Shown here: one piece after another, positions 34,522 through 52,335 of the stretch | Layout: each line of letters opens with the position of its first letter | How positions within the stretch are numbered: the first letter of the stretch is position 1 | Origin: Zygnema circumcarinatum SAG 698-1b | Taxonomy: Eukaryota; Plantae; Zygnematophyceae | Direction of reading: 5' to 3' | DNA: 64,000 bases | Assembly (NCBI GenBank): GCA_037447605.1 | Contig: CM074820.1 | Span: 1,178,001 to 1,242,000 of the forward strand | The notes under the pieces: model-generated | Databases searched by the model: none | What the model saw: the letters and a program-made list of their open reading frames with translations, nothing else | Told to the model about the DNA's origin: nothing | Made by a program: the position numbers and the translations under genes

Positions 34522-37500
34522 ATGGCGGAATTGGAGAAGCTCAAGGGCAGATTGCAGCAGCAGGTGAGAGTCACGGAGGAATGTAGAGGGATATTATGTA
34601 TCTATGTATCTAACCGTGCCATTGTCGCATTGCGTGTTTTCTTCGAATGGAAGAACCAGCAAAAGTGATGGGGCTGCTAGCAGATTCCTTCTGTTCCTAA
34701 AGGACGGTTCAAGCTTGGCTGCAACACTGTGTTTTAAAGAAGAATTCGTGATTCTTGCGCCGCATGAGTGCAGGAAGCAGAGCTCGTGCAGCTTCGAATT
34801 GCACGAGATGGCTGGCAGCGGTGCCATGCAGAAATGCAGACGGAGTGCGAATTTTTGCAGACATCTCTTGCTAGAATCGTAAGCCACTCAGATGCTGTCT
34901 GAATCATGCGCGTGGCTCTGAATATATCATTGCGTGCAAGAGTATATGTATCACTTTGGCTAACGTGCTGTCTACAATCTCTTTTGGATTTGCATTGCCC
35001 TGCTTGGCTACATGACGATTTGGATTATAGAAGTTTGATGTTGAATTCTTGGCAGCACTGAGGGGCTGTGCGATGAATGTGATGTTGGCCGGACAGCAAC
35101 AAGGCGAACAGGAAGTCTTGGAGGAAGTGCAGCTGCTGAAAGTACAGCTTCAGCAAGCACAGTCCCAGATACGAAACTTGAAGACCGTTCTCCAGTTCAG
35201 TCAGCAGGGTATTGAGCACTTTACCCTGCTCTTCAGGCTTGTTTGGTCTCATTTGAGAGACGTTTTGCTTGAGATCGCATTGTAACAGTAGGATCCCTTT
35301 GGTTTTTCTGAAATCCCTATTTCTACAGCATATAAAACACTTCGCTTCTCTACAGGAAGTGGCCGAGCTTCGGGAACCTGTTTATGAAGCTCGAGCGTAT
35401 GGTAAAGCCTTCGCTGTTTGACATTGGCATCCTCTCCAATGTCAACAATGATGGGTTCTCCTTACGTCCGAGTTTAAATGGTTCGCCAAGCTTGGGGGAA
35501 AGCTTGTTAATACAGGAGAAAGCAAGAACTGTTTACTTGTAGTGTTCGCTTTAGTGGTAGGGATTATGAGTTAGATCTTTGGCAGAAAGGTATTGAAGGT
35601 ACCCGAGGCCTTGCCAGTTGCTCAAGCGCAAAAGGTGAACTTCACTATATTAAGTTCTCGCGCTTAATCATCTGAGGCGTCCTGATGGCGATATGCTCTT
35701 AGTTGAAGGCGAAGTAGGGCGGATTTTTCCATTGCCAGTTTCATTCAATTGTACCTTTGGCAGCGCGGAGATTCGATAAGGCGCCTAAGTGCGTGAATAG
35801 GTTACCGCGGAGCAGATGCAGTTTTACCATCTTGTCTCCATGCGGGTTTGGCGTAGCAATGCATTCGTTTGAGACTTTGATTTTTTTTTTTGCTGCTGAC
35901 CATGTAGCGGCTCCTCACACTGACAATGTCTTCGTACTATAAATCGTTAAGCCATCTAGGAAGGCAGGATAATACAACAAGGCCTGGGGAATATAAATAG
36001 TCATTCTCGTTTAATTTTAACCATTCGTTCTGAAATCTTGCAAAGTATGTGTTCATGAGGATCTCGCTAAAGGTTTCCACAGAAGTTCGCATGGGTTGAA
36101 GGTAAACAACGCTGAGGTGGCTTCCAATATGAGAAGCATTATGCATCATCGCTTCTGAATTATGACGTTAACACTGTAATGCTTCTGTGATAGTTACTAC
36201 TCGGTGCTGCACTGGGCAGTTGTCAGGAACTGTTGGCAGGAATCGAGTGCATGTTTTCCGCGGAGAATTGACGTGGTCATTGACTGTATTTTTTTCCAAG
36301 AATGAGAGGGCTGAGCCACGTCTGCGAATCTTGTAATATTTGCTTCACCTTGGCCTATATTTTGAAGTGGAAGGTCAACTGCATGGCAGATTGTAGACGA
36401 GGTGACATAGAGATAAACTCGAGAAATATTCAGTATGGCGTACAACTCCGGGGTGGCAGCTTGAGTCCTTGACTAGGAGTGAGTTCACCGGTCACTTGAT
36501 AGAGCTGACTTGTGCTGTATAAGATTATTCACTGATTTGTAAAGTCAAACTCGAGTTTGTGCAAGATTCATAGCTGTTATTATCCTACAGGAGGCTTGAA
36601 GGTGTAATCTGACTCTCTTAGTTGTCTGAGAGTGTTGCCGTTCCCTTTGTGTCAGCGTAACATTTCCGTAGTTCATAGAGGCACAGCAGTCAGTATGGAT
36701 GATTGAGCCAAATGCACGGGTTGGATCATGATTCCGATCTAATGTCTCTTTCATGTTCGCTTTTTAACTGAGCTGTCAATTCTTCTTCTCTATGCAGAGC
36801 TGGAAGAGGAACGGAAGTTTTCAGCAGAGCTACAGGAGCAGGCTCTCAGGTAAGAATTGGCTCGTTTGCCTTGGGCCACTCGGAGGTTCCTTCTCAGAAG
36901 AAGACTACTAGGTGTTCAATACTAGATGAATTAAAATTTTCCCTTGCATATTACTAGTTGACTCTTTTGCACCTTATCTCTGCCTGGCTTTCAGCAGCTT
37001 CCATGGGTCTTCCGCCTTTTTCAATGCTCTTGTAGACATGGTCACTGTTCCACCCTGTAAGTGTGATGTAGTCTATTCCTGATCCCAGAAAGACCACTTA
37101 ATTTTGCTATTACGACTGTAGGGGTGTGAAGACGACGCTTGAGTACGAGGAGCCCGAAGGATCAGCTCACGAGGAAAAGGGAGTGGAAGATTTGTTAGGA
37201 GAAGAGGAGGCCATTATGAGAAGCTTTTTCAACTCACAGGACGTTGAATCGGTAGGCTACCGAAAGAAATAAGAAGTCAACTTTTGATGCATTTGATCAC
37301 GTCATGAAAACTCTTAACATTGGATGTACTCTTAGAGCACTACTAAGCGTGGATGGCTTGCTGACGAGTTTGAAACTGAAGAACTATCTGCAAACTTCTA
37401 ATCGCTTTCATAAAGTAATTAGGTATGGGGCTTGAAAATCTGTACCAACAATTTGTTAGAATTTGAAAGATTTTGTGGGGCCTGAGATCAGTTTGTTCCA

Positions 37501-38182
37501 TGGTTCTCTTTTTCCATGCATCGATCTAAAATCTGTCTGTAAGCTGAATTCTGCCTTCAATGCAGTGTTCTTCTTGCCGCTGTGTACGTGAAGGGCAATC
37601 TGCTTATGATCAGTTCACTGTGTTAATGCCATTAGAAGATACCATGCTTGACAACTTGTGACGCTTTGATTTGTTGATGTGCAGGTTGATGACTACGAGG
37701 AAGGCTCAACCTGGCCACTAGGTTCTGAGGAGCAGCACAGTGGGCAGTCGTCCGATCAAAGCATATGGTGGGAGGAGGATGCTGAGGGAGAGGAGCGTGG
37801 TGCCGGACTTTTGATTGATATTATGCAGAGGTTCGGTATGGATGTTGATGAGGAGGATGAGTTCAAGGACTGTGTTGACTTCTTCAGCCCATCTCAAGAT
37901 AAAGAGTCTCGATGGGACCATGAAGAACCGTCTGCAAGGATTGGCAAACCATCCACCGGATTGCAGGGAAGGTTGAATGGGGTGGGCGAAGCTGCACCTG
38001 TGAAGGATGGTTTGCCTATTGACGTTTTAGAAAGGATGGCTATGATTCAGCTGAGACAAGTCAGGGAAACCCAGGTGGAAAAGGAAGAGTACTGGTTTAT
38101 AGAGGAGGAGCACGAGGGCTTAAACCTAGATCGCTGTCGCATTTTGAGGCAGCGAGAGGCTTGTGAAGGGCAAGGAATGTGA
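34522..38182 (+). CDS. Hypothetical coiled-coil/acidic protein, multi-exon
   Basis: Spliceable exons MAELEKLKGRLQQQ, EVLEEVQLLKVQLQQAQSQIRNLKTVLQ, EVAELREPVYEARAY and ELEEERKFSAELQEQAL, plus a long acidic last exon at 37685-38182. No family recognised; exon chain tentative. Confidence 0.5.
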
Positions 38183-40482
38183 TTAATGTGTCAAATTGTA
38201 GCTGTAAGCTGGCTGTAGTTCTGCAGGCTGGAAGTTTATGAGAGGATAAGGGGTGGTTGGTAATGATAAGATAAGCAGCAGCTATTCAAAGCAGGGCGAG
38301 CGCACAGATAACTGGCATTGCAAAGGCGAGGCCGGATATGGGGAAGCATGTGAAGTAGGCACTCTTGTGAAGCGCAAGAAGTTGCTACAGGAAGGTAGAA
38401 TATAGGAGTTTCCACGTGAACATACAGAGCTCCGTGGTTTTGACGTGCTCTGCCTGCAAAAGGGCGCCAATGGTGACCTTTGGGAAGGCTGCAAAAGGCT
38501 AGGGTTGCTTTTAGGCATTTCTTGGAGGACGAAGGATACTTCTTACCGGGGATGCCGACAACTACTGCTTGTGGTTGGGGGGATTTTTTTTTTTTGAGTC
38601 GTTCTATTGGGTTACTTTGGGATAGTGGTTGGAATATGCCTGGGCATGAGGTACAAGAGCCATCAACCAGTTAGAATAGCAGAAGATGGGAATAGGAGCG
38701 TGCTGTGTGATGGAGTGCAGGGCAGTAGTGAGCAGTTTGCTGAGGGTGCTGAAGGGCGGGTGCAGCAGGCGGTGCGTGGGTTTTGGCAATAGGAGCCAGT
38801 TGATTGTATTTTGTAGACATGCAGGGCTTGTACTTTGGCTTTGGCTTTGGCTTTTGGAATTTGTATGTGGATGAATTGGTATAAGCTGAGATGGGGATTG
38901 GGGATGAACATTGTTGGCGACTATCGGCGATGGTTGCCAACCTTTGGCACTGGTTGTTCATTTTGAATATAGTGGAATTGCATTGCTTGATCCAATGGTT
39001 CGACCTGTGCAGTAGTAATGGCTCCTGAAAGTTAATGCAGAAGCAGTAACGGAAAGGAGAGAAATTTGCATGAATCTCACGGTGAGCGATGCCCCATTGG
39101 ACAAAAGCAGCATGGAGAACCACGAGAAAACCGGCTATAAAGGACCCAAGCACGAAAGCGCCTCCCTCCCTCCCTCCCTCCCCTCCCTCCCTCCCTCCCT
39201 CCCCTCCCTCCCCCTTCCCCCCCCCTCCCTCCCCCGTCCTCTTTCCCTCCCTCCCTCCCTCCCTCCCTCTTTACCTTCCTCCCTCCCTCCCTCTTTACCT
39301 TCCTCCCTCCCTCCAGTTGTTTACCGTTCAAAGCTGTTCAAACCAACCATTGCTGCCTTGGCCGCAAGACCATGTTTTTAAACCAGGGCGGATCCCAGCC
39401 ACACTCCAAGTCCTGTCGGTGCCGTACCGTACGGTCCATAGCCGCGAAAACGTGGACGACGCCGACCCACCGCATGCATGCGCTCCAAAATCAAGGAGCC
39501 CTACGAAACTTTCTGGCTGCCCGAAGACCGAATTATAACCAATTACGTCAAACCACGTGTACATGCTTGTTATCTTCACAGTCCAAGACCCAAATGGACC
39601 ACTTTTGACCGTTGGATCGATCTCCAAGATCTTGGTCACAAGTCCCGCGGGTAGACATAAAATTTTCTGCCACTGCCCGGAGCTGGCCCGGGAGAGGGAA
39701 TCTCCCGTTCCGAAGCGGCGGGGGCCGCCCGCCGCCGGGGAGCCACGATTCGCAGATTGTTTTTTGGCTGCCCGTTTCGGAAAACAAGGGGTGGGCGGCG
39801 GTAGGTGCGGGCGGCCAGCCAACAGCAGCGCGTCACGTGTCCATCCAGGCAGCCAAGGCAACCGACAGGGCGGCTCCGGCCAACCGCAGGGATCCGTCGC
39901 GCGTGCGAGGTCGCAACGCCGCTGTGTTGCGATCGACTGGGAGTATCTGACTCTGGCTGAAGCAGCTCTGCCCTGAAAATCGGGCAGGAAAATGTTTCGA
40001 AATAGAAAAAGGTGATTGGTCGAAAAGGCTGCCCATGGTGTGGGGCAGGTGAAAAAGGAGGGAGATTGGCCAGCGCGGCAGTTTCTGCGGCTGCCCGTCC
40101 GTCCGTGTCCGAGCCCGGGCGGCGCGCGCTGACAGGAGGGGGGGGAGAAGGCTGGCCATGGCGAGGGCACGGCAGAGGAGTAGGGCACACTAGCTGTGTT
40201 AGGGTTGGCTCTGGTTCGAGCTGGGCCCGGCGAGGAAGAGAGGAGAGGGAGGGAGGGAGGGAGGGAGGGAGGGAGGGAGGGAGGGAGGGAGGAGGAGGGA
40301 GGGAGGGATGGAGGGGTGAGATCGACTGTCGTGGTACAGACAGGGAGAGGCAGAGAGAGAGAGGGAGAGAGAGGGGAGAGAGAGGGGGGGAGAGAGGGAG
40401 GGAGAGGGAGGGAGAGGGAGAGGTGTGCACTGCTTGCAGGTGTTGTGTGCAGGCTGGAGGGGACTGGTGCAGCAGAGTGGGG

Positions 40483-43400
40483 ATGGCAGTGACTGAGGCG
40501 AAGGAGATCAGTATGGTGGAGGAGGAGGGTGGCTGCATAGTGGAGGAGAGGGCGCCGAAGCGCGTGGTAATCATGATGTCTGATACGGGGGGGGGGCATA
40601 GGGCGAGTGCCGAGGCGATTAAGCAGGCCTTCGAGCAGGAGTTTGGTGACAATTACCAGGTTAGTAGTTTCATGAGACGCAGAGCTAAAATCGATTAAAA
40701 GAAATCATTCAAGGTGACTTAGAGCAAGCCGACTGCATTCGCCTCTTATACTTTTCCTCGAGCGTTAATTTTAGCAGCATGAAGTTAATGTGCCTATTGA
40801 CAGACATTATCTGTCAGAAAATACATTCAAGGCACACTCGTACTCGCTTGGCAGTTCGTCTCTCTTAAGTTAGTTGATAAGCATTCCTTTTTATTCATAG
40901 TCCTCTAATCCTGACGCTTACGTAGATCTATGAATTCTATGGCCTCTTCACAGGTATCGATTGTAGACTTTTGGAAAGAGTACACGCCGTGGCCTATCAG
41001 TAACATCCTTGACAGCTACGGCTTTCTGGTCAAGCACGAAATCTTGTGGAAAGCTGCATTCCAACTTTACAAGAATCCTGCAATCCAACACGCACATTTA
41101 GCTGCTGTAGCGACAATTGCTGCGAAGTAAGAAACTTTGTTCATGTGTCGATATGCTCTTGAAGTGTGTCGATGTCCATTATACTTCTGTGTAGGACGAG
41201 TGGGATGTGGGCACCTTGGCGCTGGCTGCACTTCCATTTTTTGCAGTTTGTCAATGTCTAGTGTGCACCTTGCTAGTTTTAATTAGCAACACTTCATCAG
41301 CAGCTTACTCGACGTCCTGTCGTCTAGGAGACATGAGGCTGTTTGTGTACATGGGGCGGGACTTGGTTAAAAGGAGTGGTCTCACTTATGTTCTGTATCT
41401 TGGTTGCAGAAAGATTGCTGAAGGTTTGAAAGCGTATGAACCAGACATCATTGTGAGCGTCCATCCACTTTTGCAGCAGATTCCACTACAAATTATGCAG
41501 TCCACGGGTCTGCTGTACACTGTTCCATTTACTAGTGTCGTCACCGACTTAAGCACATGTCACCCAACATGGTGAGGAACTGCTTTTCATTCCTTTTCCA
41601 AATTACCTGACGTTCAGATTATCATGTACGACGGCCATACATAACCAACTCCTTATGCTATTGCCACTAGCATGGTTTTGTTTTGAATCAACGATCTAAT
41701 TCGTCTTATGAGGGAGCAAGGCATCCCTCTTCCCTGCAGCAGAGTATTTCCTGCAGCTCTGATATCAGCCGCCAAACAAATGGCAATTTACATCACTTTG
41801 TAAAACGGTCTAAATGTCTATTCTCCACTCACTAGCTCGTTTGCAATACACTTGTGAAGTCAGCACGTCCAATAGTGTGCCTGTCAGAAGACGAGATATG
41901 CTGCTTGGTTACAGGTGCCCTGCAGCTATCGATAATAGTCCGTCATTCTGAGAGATGATGCATAGTGAAGGTGGACGGAGTCTATTGCCTGACATGAGTT
42001 CATAAAACCAAATGTAGTGTGGCTGATTCTTAATCATGTGGTTTTAGCATTCTCAAATGTCAGGGTACAACCATTTGCAGCTAACAATGATAGTGTATTA
42101 TAGTTCAGTTTGCCAGGAACCGCTGCTATTCAAGGCGCCCTCCCTAGGGAAGGTGTTGTTGGCTGCAGTTGAGAGCACATGCCCTGTGTAGTGTGCTCAG
42201 CGGATTAGCCAGGGGTAAAAGTGATCGCTTAAATCCACCACATTAGGTGGTGTAGGCTGAGAAAGCTTTGGGCGAGACGATGGCGATGACGATTCAAGTG
42301 AACCCCCTTCTTGTTGATAAGGGGGTTCACTTGAATCGATAATCATTCGATGCGTGTTGACAAGCCCTTGGTTGTCTCGAAGTAGAATCATGGGTGGGAT
42401 CTGGAACAGACCCTGTTTCTTCTTGCTATCTTCACTAGTTTTAAGCTTGGTCCAAATATGAAATGAGAACAACTCCGGGTCTTGGCAGGTTTCACAAGTC
42501 TACATCGATATGCTTCTGTCCCGGCAAAGAGGTTGCTCAGCAGGCAGTCGACTGCGGTCTCAAACCCAACCAACTGAGAGTACATGGTCTGCCTATCCGG
42601 CCATCCTTCTGCAAGCCAACAGCTCCCAAGGTTAGTGGTACAGCTTCATTCTGGTCTATCTATTGGATGAGATGCTAATACAAGAAGGAACTTTTTAAGA
42701 AATAGTGGGCCCACCTGCATATAGAAGTTGCCTTTTGTTGTTTGTGAGCTATATGGTGCATATGTGAATATCTTACGAGTGATTTAGCGGAGAAGTATTA
42801 GCAAGATTGAATCGCCGGAGCAACTCTCACCTGCAAACACCCCGTTCACCAATCTGCGAAGTCTTTCTATTAGTCAGTCAAACGTGTTCCGTGTGAGAGC
42901 TGTCAACTGTCCCTCTTGACACATCGTATGTTCGATAGAAGCTATCTCTCAGTCACGTATGATAAGCGACAAGGTGACCCACAGGTGGTGTGCTATTCCT
43001 TTTTCAGGAAGAATTGCGAGTAGAACTCGGAATAGATGCAGACCTACCGGCAGTCTTGCTGGTAGGAGGAGGAGAAGGGATGGGTCCTGTGGAGGCAACT
43101 GCACGAGCTTTGGCTAAGTCTCTTGGCAGCACGAGGGAGGCCCCCCTTGGACAGTTGGTTGTTGTTTGTGGCCGCAACAAGAAGCTGCAGGCGAAGCTGC
43201 AAGCCATCGACTGGCCTATGCCTACAAAGGCGAGTTGAGAAAGTGTGAAAGAAGTGAATTGTGTGAAAGAAGTGAAAGTGTGGAAGAAGTGAAAGTGTGA
43301 AAGAAGTGAAAGTGGAAAGAAGTGAAAGTGGGAAAGAAGTGAAAGTGGGAAAGAAGTGAAAGTGGGAAAGAAGTGAAAGTGGGAAAGAAAAGTGAAAGTG

Positions 43401-44856
43401 GGAATGAAAAGTGAAAGTGGGAAAGAAGTGAAAGTGTGAAAGAAGTGAAAGTGGGAAAGAAGTGAAAGTGGGAAAGAAGTGAAAGTGGGAAAGAAGTGAA
43501 AGTGGGAAAGAAAAGTGAAAGTGGGAAAGAAAAGTGAAAGTGTGAAAGAAGTGAAAGTGGGAAAGAAGTGGGAAAGAAGTGAAAAAGAAGTGAAAGAAGA
43601 AGTGAAAGTGGGAAAGAAGTGAAAGTGGGAAAGAAGTGAAAGTGGGAAAGAAAAGTGAAAGTGGGAAAGAAAAGTGAAAGTGTGAAAGAAGTGAAAGTGT
43701 GAAAGAAGTGAAAGTGGGAAAGAAGTGAAAGTGGGAAAGAAGTGAAAGTGGGAAAGGAAGCCCCCGATGGCAAACGTCAACTCTCTGAACTGTTTTGTGG
43801 TCTTTCAAGTTTTGGCTCTTTGTGTACCTGCGGGTTTGGGTTGAGTATTGGATTGCTCAGTGGTTGGTCCCGAGGTTTCTACGATTTAAGTTTAGCGCAT
43901 TGACTGCTTTTGAATGGGGTTGACGGCTTACAGATAAATGGATTTGTAAGCAATATGCCGGAGTGGATGGCTGCCTGCGATTGTATCATTACGAAGGTAA
44001 GCTCACACCTTAAGGGTCTACCATTGTCGATGCGGCGCATTCTCTAGACCTTATGGGGCTTATTAATGAGAAGCTTGGTGAGACTAAAGCATGTTTGATG
44101 AGAAAGAGACTTAAGGCCATATAGAAGAATGGAAGTTACCTCCTATCGAGGCAAGGTGCAGTTTCTGACGCTTCTATATTTATAGGAATGTTAAGCAGAG
44201 AAAGTGCTTTGTTTCAGGTGGTCTGGCTTCTTCAAAAGTCGGCGAATTGTTCCAATTACAGAGCGAGGTAGGCTGAGCTTTTGGGTTTTGCCTTGCAGGC
44301 GGGTCCTGGGACTATCGCGGAGGCCATGATTAAGGGGTTACCTATAATTATTAACGGTTACATTTCAGGACAGGTAAACTATACAGCTCTTAATGGCTAG
44401 CCGGTGCGACTGAAACTGCTGAATACAAACTGTGTGATGAATTCCAAGGGGAGAAGTGCCTGTTTTGTAAGGGAAGAGCAAGTTTCTGGTAAAGATGAAA
44501 CTCCAAGTTGGGTCCTTTTGTGGGTTCTTTAGCTGTATCTGTTTTTTCTAAATACTGAGTCACTCAGTTGTTGGGAATTGCAGGAAACGGGAAATGTCCC
44601 ATTCGTAGTAGACAATGGGGCAGGGAAGTTTTGTCAAGACCCCCACAAAATAGCTGATATTGTGTACGACTGGTTTGGACCCAACATGAAGGAGCTTTTG
44701 GAGATGGCGGAAAATTCTCGAAAGCTTGCACGGCCTGATGCAGTTTTGAAGATTGTGCAAGACTTGGATCAACTCGTGCGGCAAAAGGAGGAGGAGGGAA
44801 AAGCCTCTTCAAATGTGAAGAAAATCGAAGAGAGCGAACCAGTTGCTGCTGCATAG
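40483..44856 (+). CDS. MGD: Monogalactosyldiacylglycerol synthase (GT28), about 8 exons
   Basis: [90 protein letters not shown] and [14 protein letters not shown]. Confidence 0.95.
43236..43757. repeat. 17-bp minisatellite (GAAAGAAGTGAAAGTGG)n inside an MGD intron
   Basis: Roughly 30 units with small variants. Confidence 0.95.
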
Positions 44857-46465
44857 TGCAGGTGAGCTGCAAGCTCGGTAGTTATGGGGAGTTGAGGAAT
44901 AAGGTCGGCTGAAATTGAAGGGCAAAAGTTCCTAGTAGAGTGAAGACTTCAAATTTCGATCGTTGGAGAGATCATAACGTGCTGAGGAGGGGGGGAATTT
45001 GAAAGTCTGGAACGATTTCTTTGGGAGTACACTATTCGGCCTCTCTCTTCATAGGAGCATTTGGAGGGGGAGAAGTTCCCTAATAGCGTGGAGCCCTCAG
45101 ATTTCGACTGTGGATAAGATCATAGGAGGGCGGAGAGAGGGTCTGTTTTCGGCCTCTTCTCTCGCTTCATACGAGCATTTGCTGCTGCTGGGGAGGTGAT
45201 CAAATGCTCACGTGTATCAAAGTGAGCACCTTATCCCATACATAACATTGGGATGGAAAGTCAGGATGAGAACTACATCAACAACAGTAACATGGAGACA
45301 TGCAGTGACCGCAGCATCCATGGAAGGGTGCGTGAGTGGAATTTTTATAGACACATTTTACTTTTTCGTATTCATTCTTAATGTTGTTTGTAGCTGGTTC
45401 ACAGAAGCAGAAATTGCCTATAGTGGTATTGCTGTAATTATAAAGGTTAGCGGAGGTAGCTAATCCCGAGGTGGCTTTCAGGGGCCTCCTCGATGAAGGA
45501 ACCCTACAACTGTGCAGCTGGGTAGCCGCCGTTTGTTGGGGAACTCTCCAATAATGGCCACGCTGTGAAAAAAAGAAAAAGTTGAAAAAAAGAGAAGAAT
45601 TGCCGTTTCCGCCCATTGAATTTCCTAACATTGGAATTGCCAGTGATCTTTATAAAAGGAAAACGACGAGCAGTGAGTCATCTGGACATTTTTTTTTCCT
45701 TTTTGCTTGTCTTCCTTCTTTGTCACTTCTGACAAATTTATGTGACAAGAAACTGATCTGCTGCAACCCGGTTTTGATTTTGGTGGGCTGTTAAGTGAAT
45801 ATGAAGTTCAGGAAAAGCAGGCCGTTGAAAGCTCAAATGTTCATATTCATGACTGCGGAAAAAGCATTAGCTTTCCAGTTCCTTTTCGCAAGACACTTTG
45901 AAGTGAAGTTTGAATGGTTTCGATTTGATTTGATGAATTTATCAGACCTGCATCAAAAGGGGGGGTCAGACTCCACGAAATCTTACGAACAAGAAAAATT
46001 CGGAGGTACTCCACCGCAGCAGGATCGCGATGTCGCCAGAGTACTCGTTCTGGTCTCAAATTTACAAACAACTTTTAAGTCTGACCCCTCCTAATACTTA
46101 CAACTGCATGCAAAATTTTTCACATGTTACGAAAGTTATTTAGTGAGAGTACACGAGGATGTCGTCCCGTTCATGGGGCGACCTTTGTTTCACCACAAAA
46201 CGACCCAAGTCCTTAAAGTAACTTTATTTCCAGACTTTAACGTATAATTGCACAAGTTAACTGTAACTGTCCGATGTATAGAAATCGGCAGAAAAAACCA
46301 ACTAGAACAACAACAACACAGACACCTTCCATACGACTAAAAATTCCCTGATCGGAGTCCTTTTTCAAACGTTTCTTAGCTCAGACCTAACCACAACTGA
46401 GTGTGAGAACAATCTTGAAAAAAGTTCTTACACGTGCATCCGTTGGCTCTCCGTTTCCAACAGCC

Positions 46466-51692
<5,227 letters not shown>

Positions 51693-52335
51693 GGATACGC
51701 ACCTCCCCGCACCACAGGAGCGAGATAGCGCAACCGCTGGCTCATGGAAGGCCGAGAGCGGCAGAGAGAGGGCCGGCCATGGCGGAGAGGAGAAGGCTTC
51801 AGGGGGGCCAACAGGGTGCCGATATTCAAACGATATTCAATACATATCGGAAACGGACGTTTCCCAATTCCGACATATCGCCTCTTTTATAGTTTCGATA
51901 TATTTAATACATTGAGATAATCGAAATAGACATACTCCGATATTATCGTAGATAGACATACAGTAACCCCCCCCCCCCATAGTATTTTCCACCCGAGAAC
52001 TTTCGTTACCCAAGAAATTTGCCCTGATTTGGAGGAAACCACTTTTCTCCGCACTTCTACTTTCCAATCCCAAGATTTTCGTCCAATATCGGCCCAAACC
52101 ATGGCGAAAATATTAGGGTGGGTACTGTATCGCGATATATTTCGATACGGTACGGAATTGGAAGCCAGCCTTCTCTCTCCCTCTTTCTCCGCTCCAGCGC
52201 AGGTCGGCGTTTCCGCCGCTCCCTCTCCCTCCCTCTCCCACTCTTCCTCTCCCGCTTTCCCTCTCTCCCTCCCTCTCTCCCTCTACTCTCTCCCTCCCTC
52301 CCTCACGCCTTCGCGGCCGCTCCGTCTCTGGCGCC

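Noticed and set aside
38520-38800. Possible extra exons downstream of the orphan gene
   Set aside because: No convincing splice chain or homology.
39328-40698. Long Pro-rich and Gly/Arg-rich ORFs upstream of MGD
   Set aside because: They arise from CCCT/GGAG microsatellites and GC-rich promoter sequence, with no family motifs.
43236-43757. Regular repeats suggestive of a CRISPR array
   Set aside because: No unique spacers, no cas genes, and a eukaryotic intron context.
43004-43808. Three long overlapping Phe/His/Ser/Thr-rich ORFs on the minus strand
   Set aside because: They are translations of the 17-bp minisatellite, which has no stop codons on that strand, inside an MGD intron.
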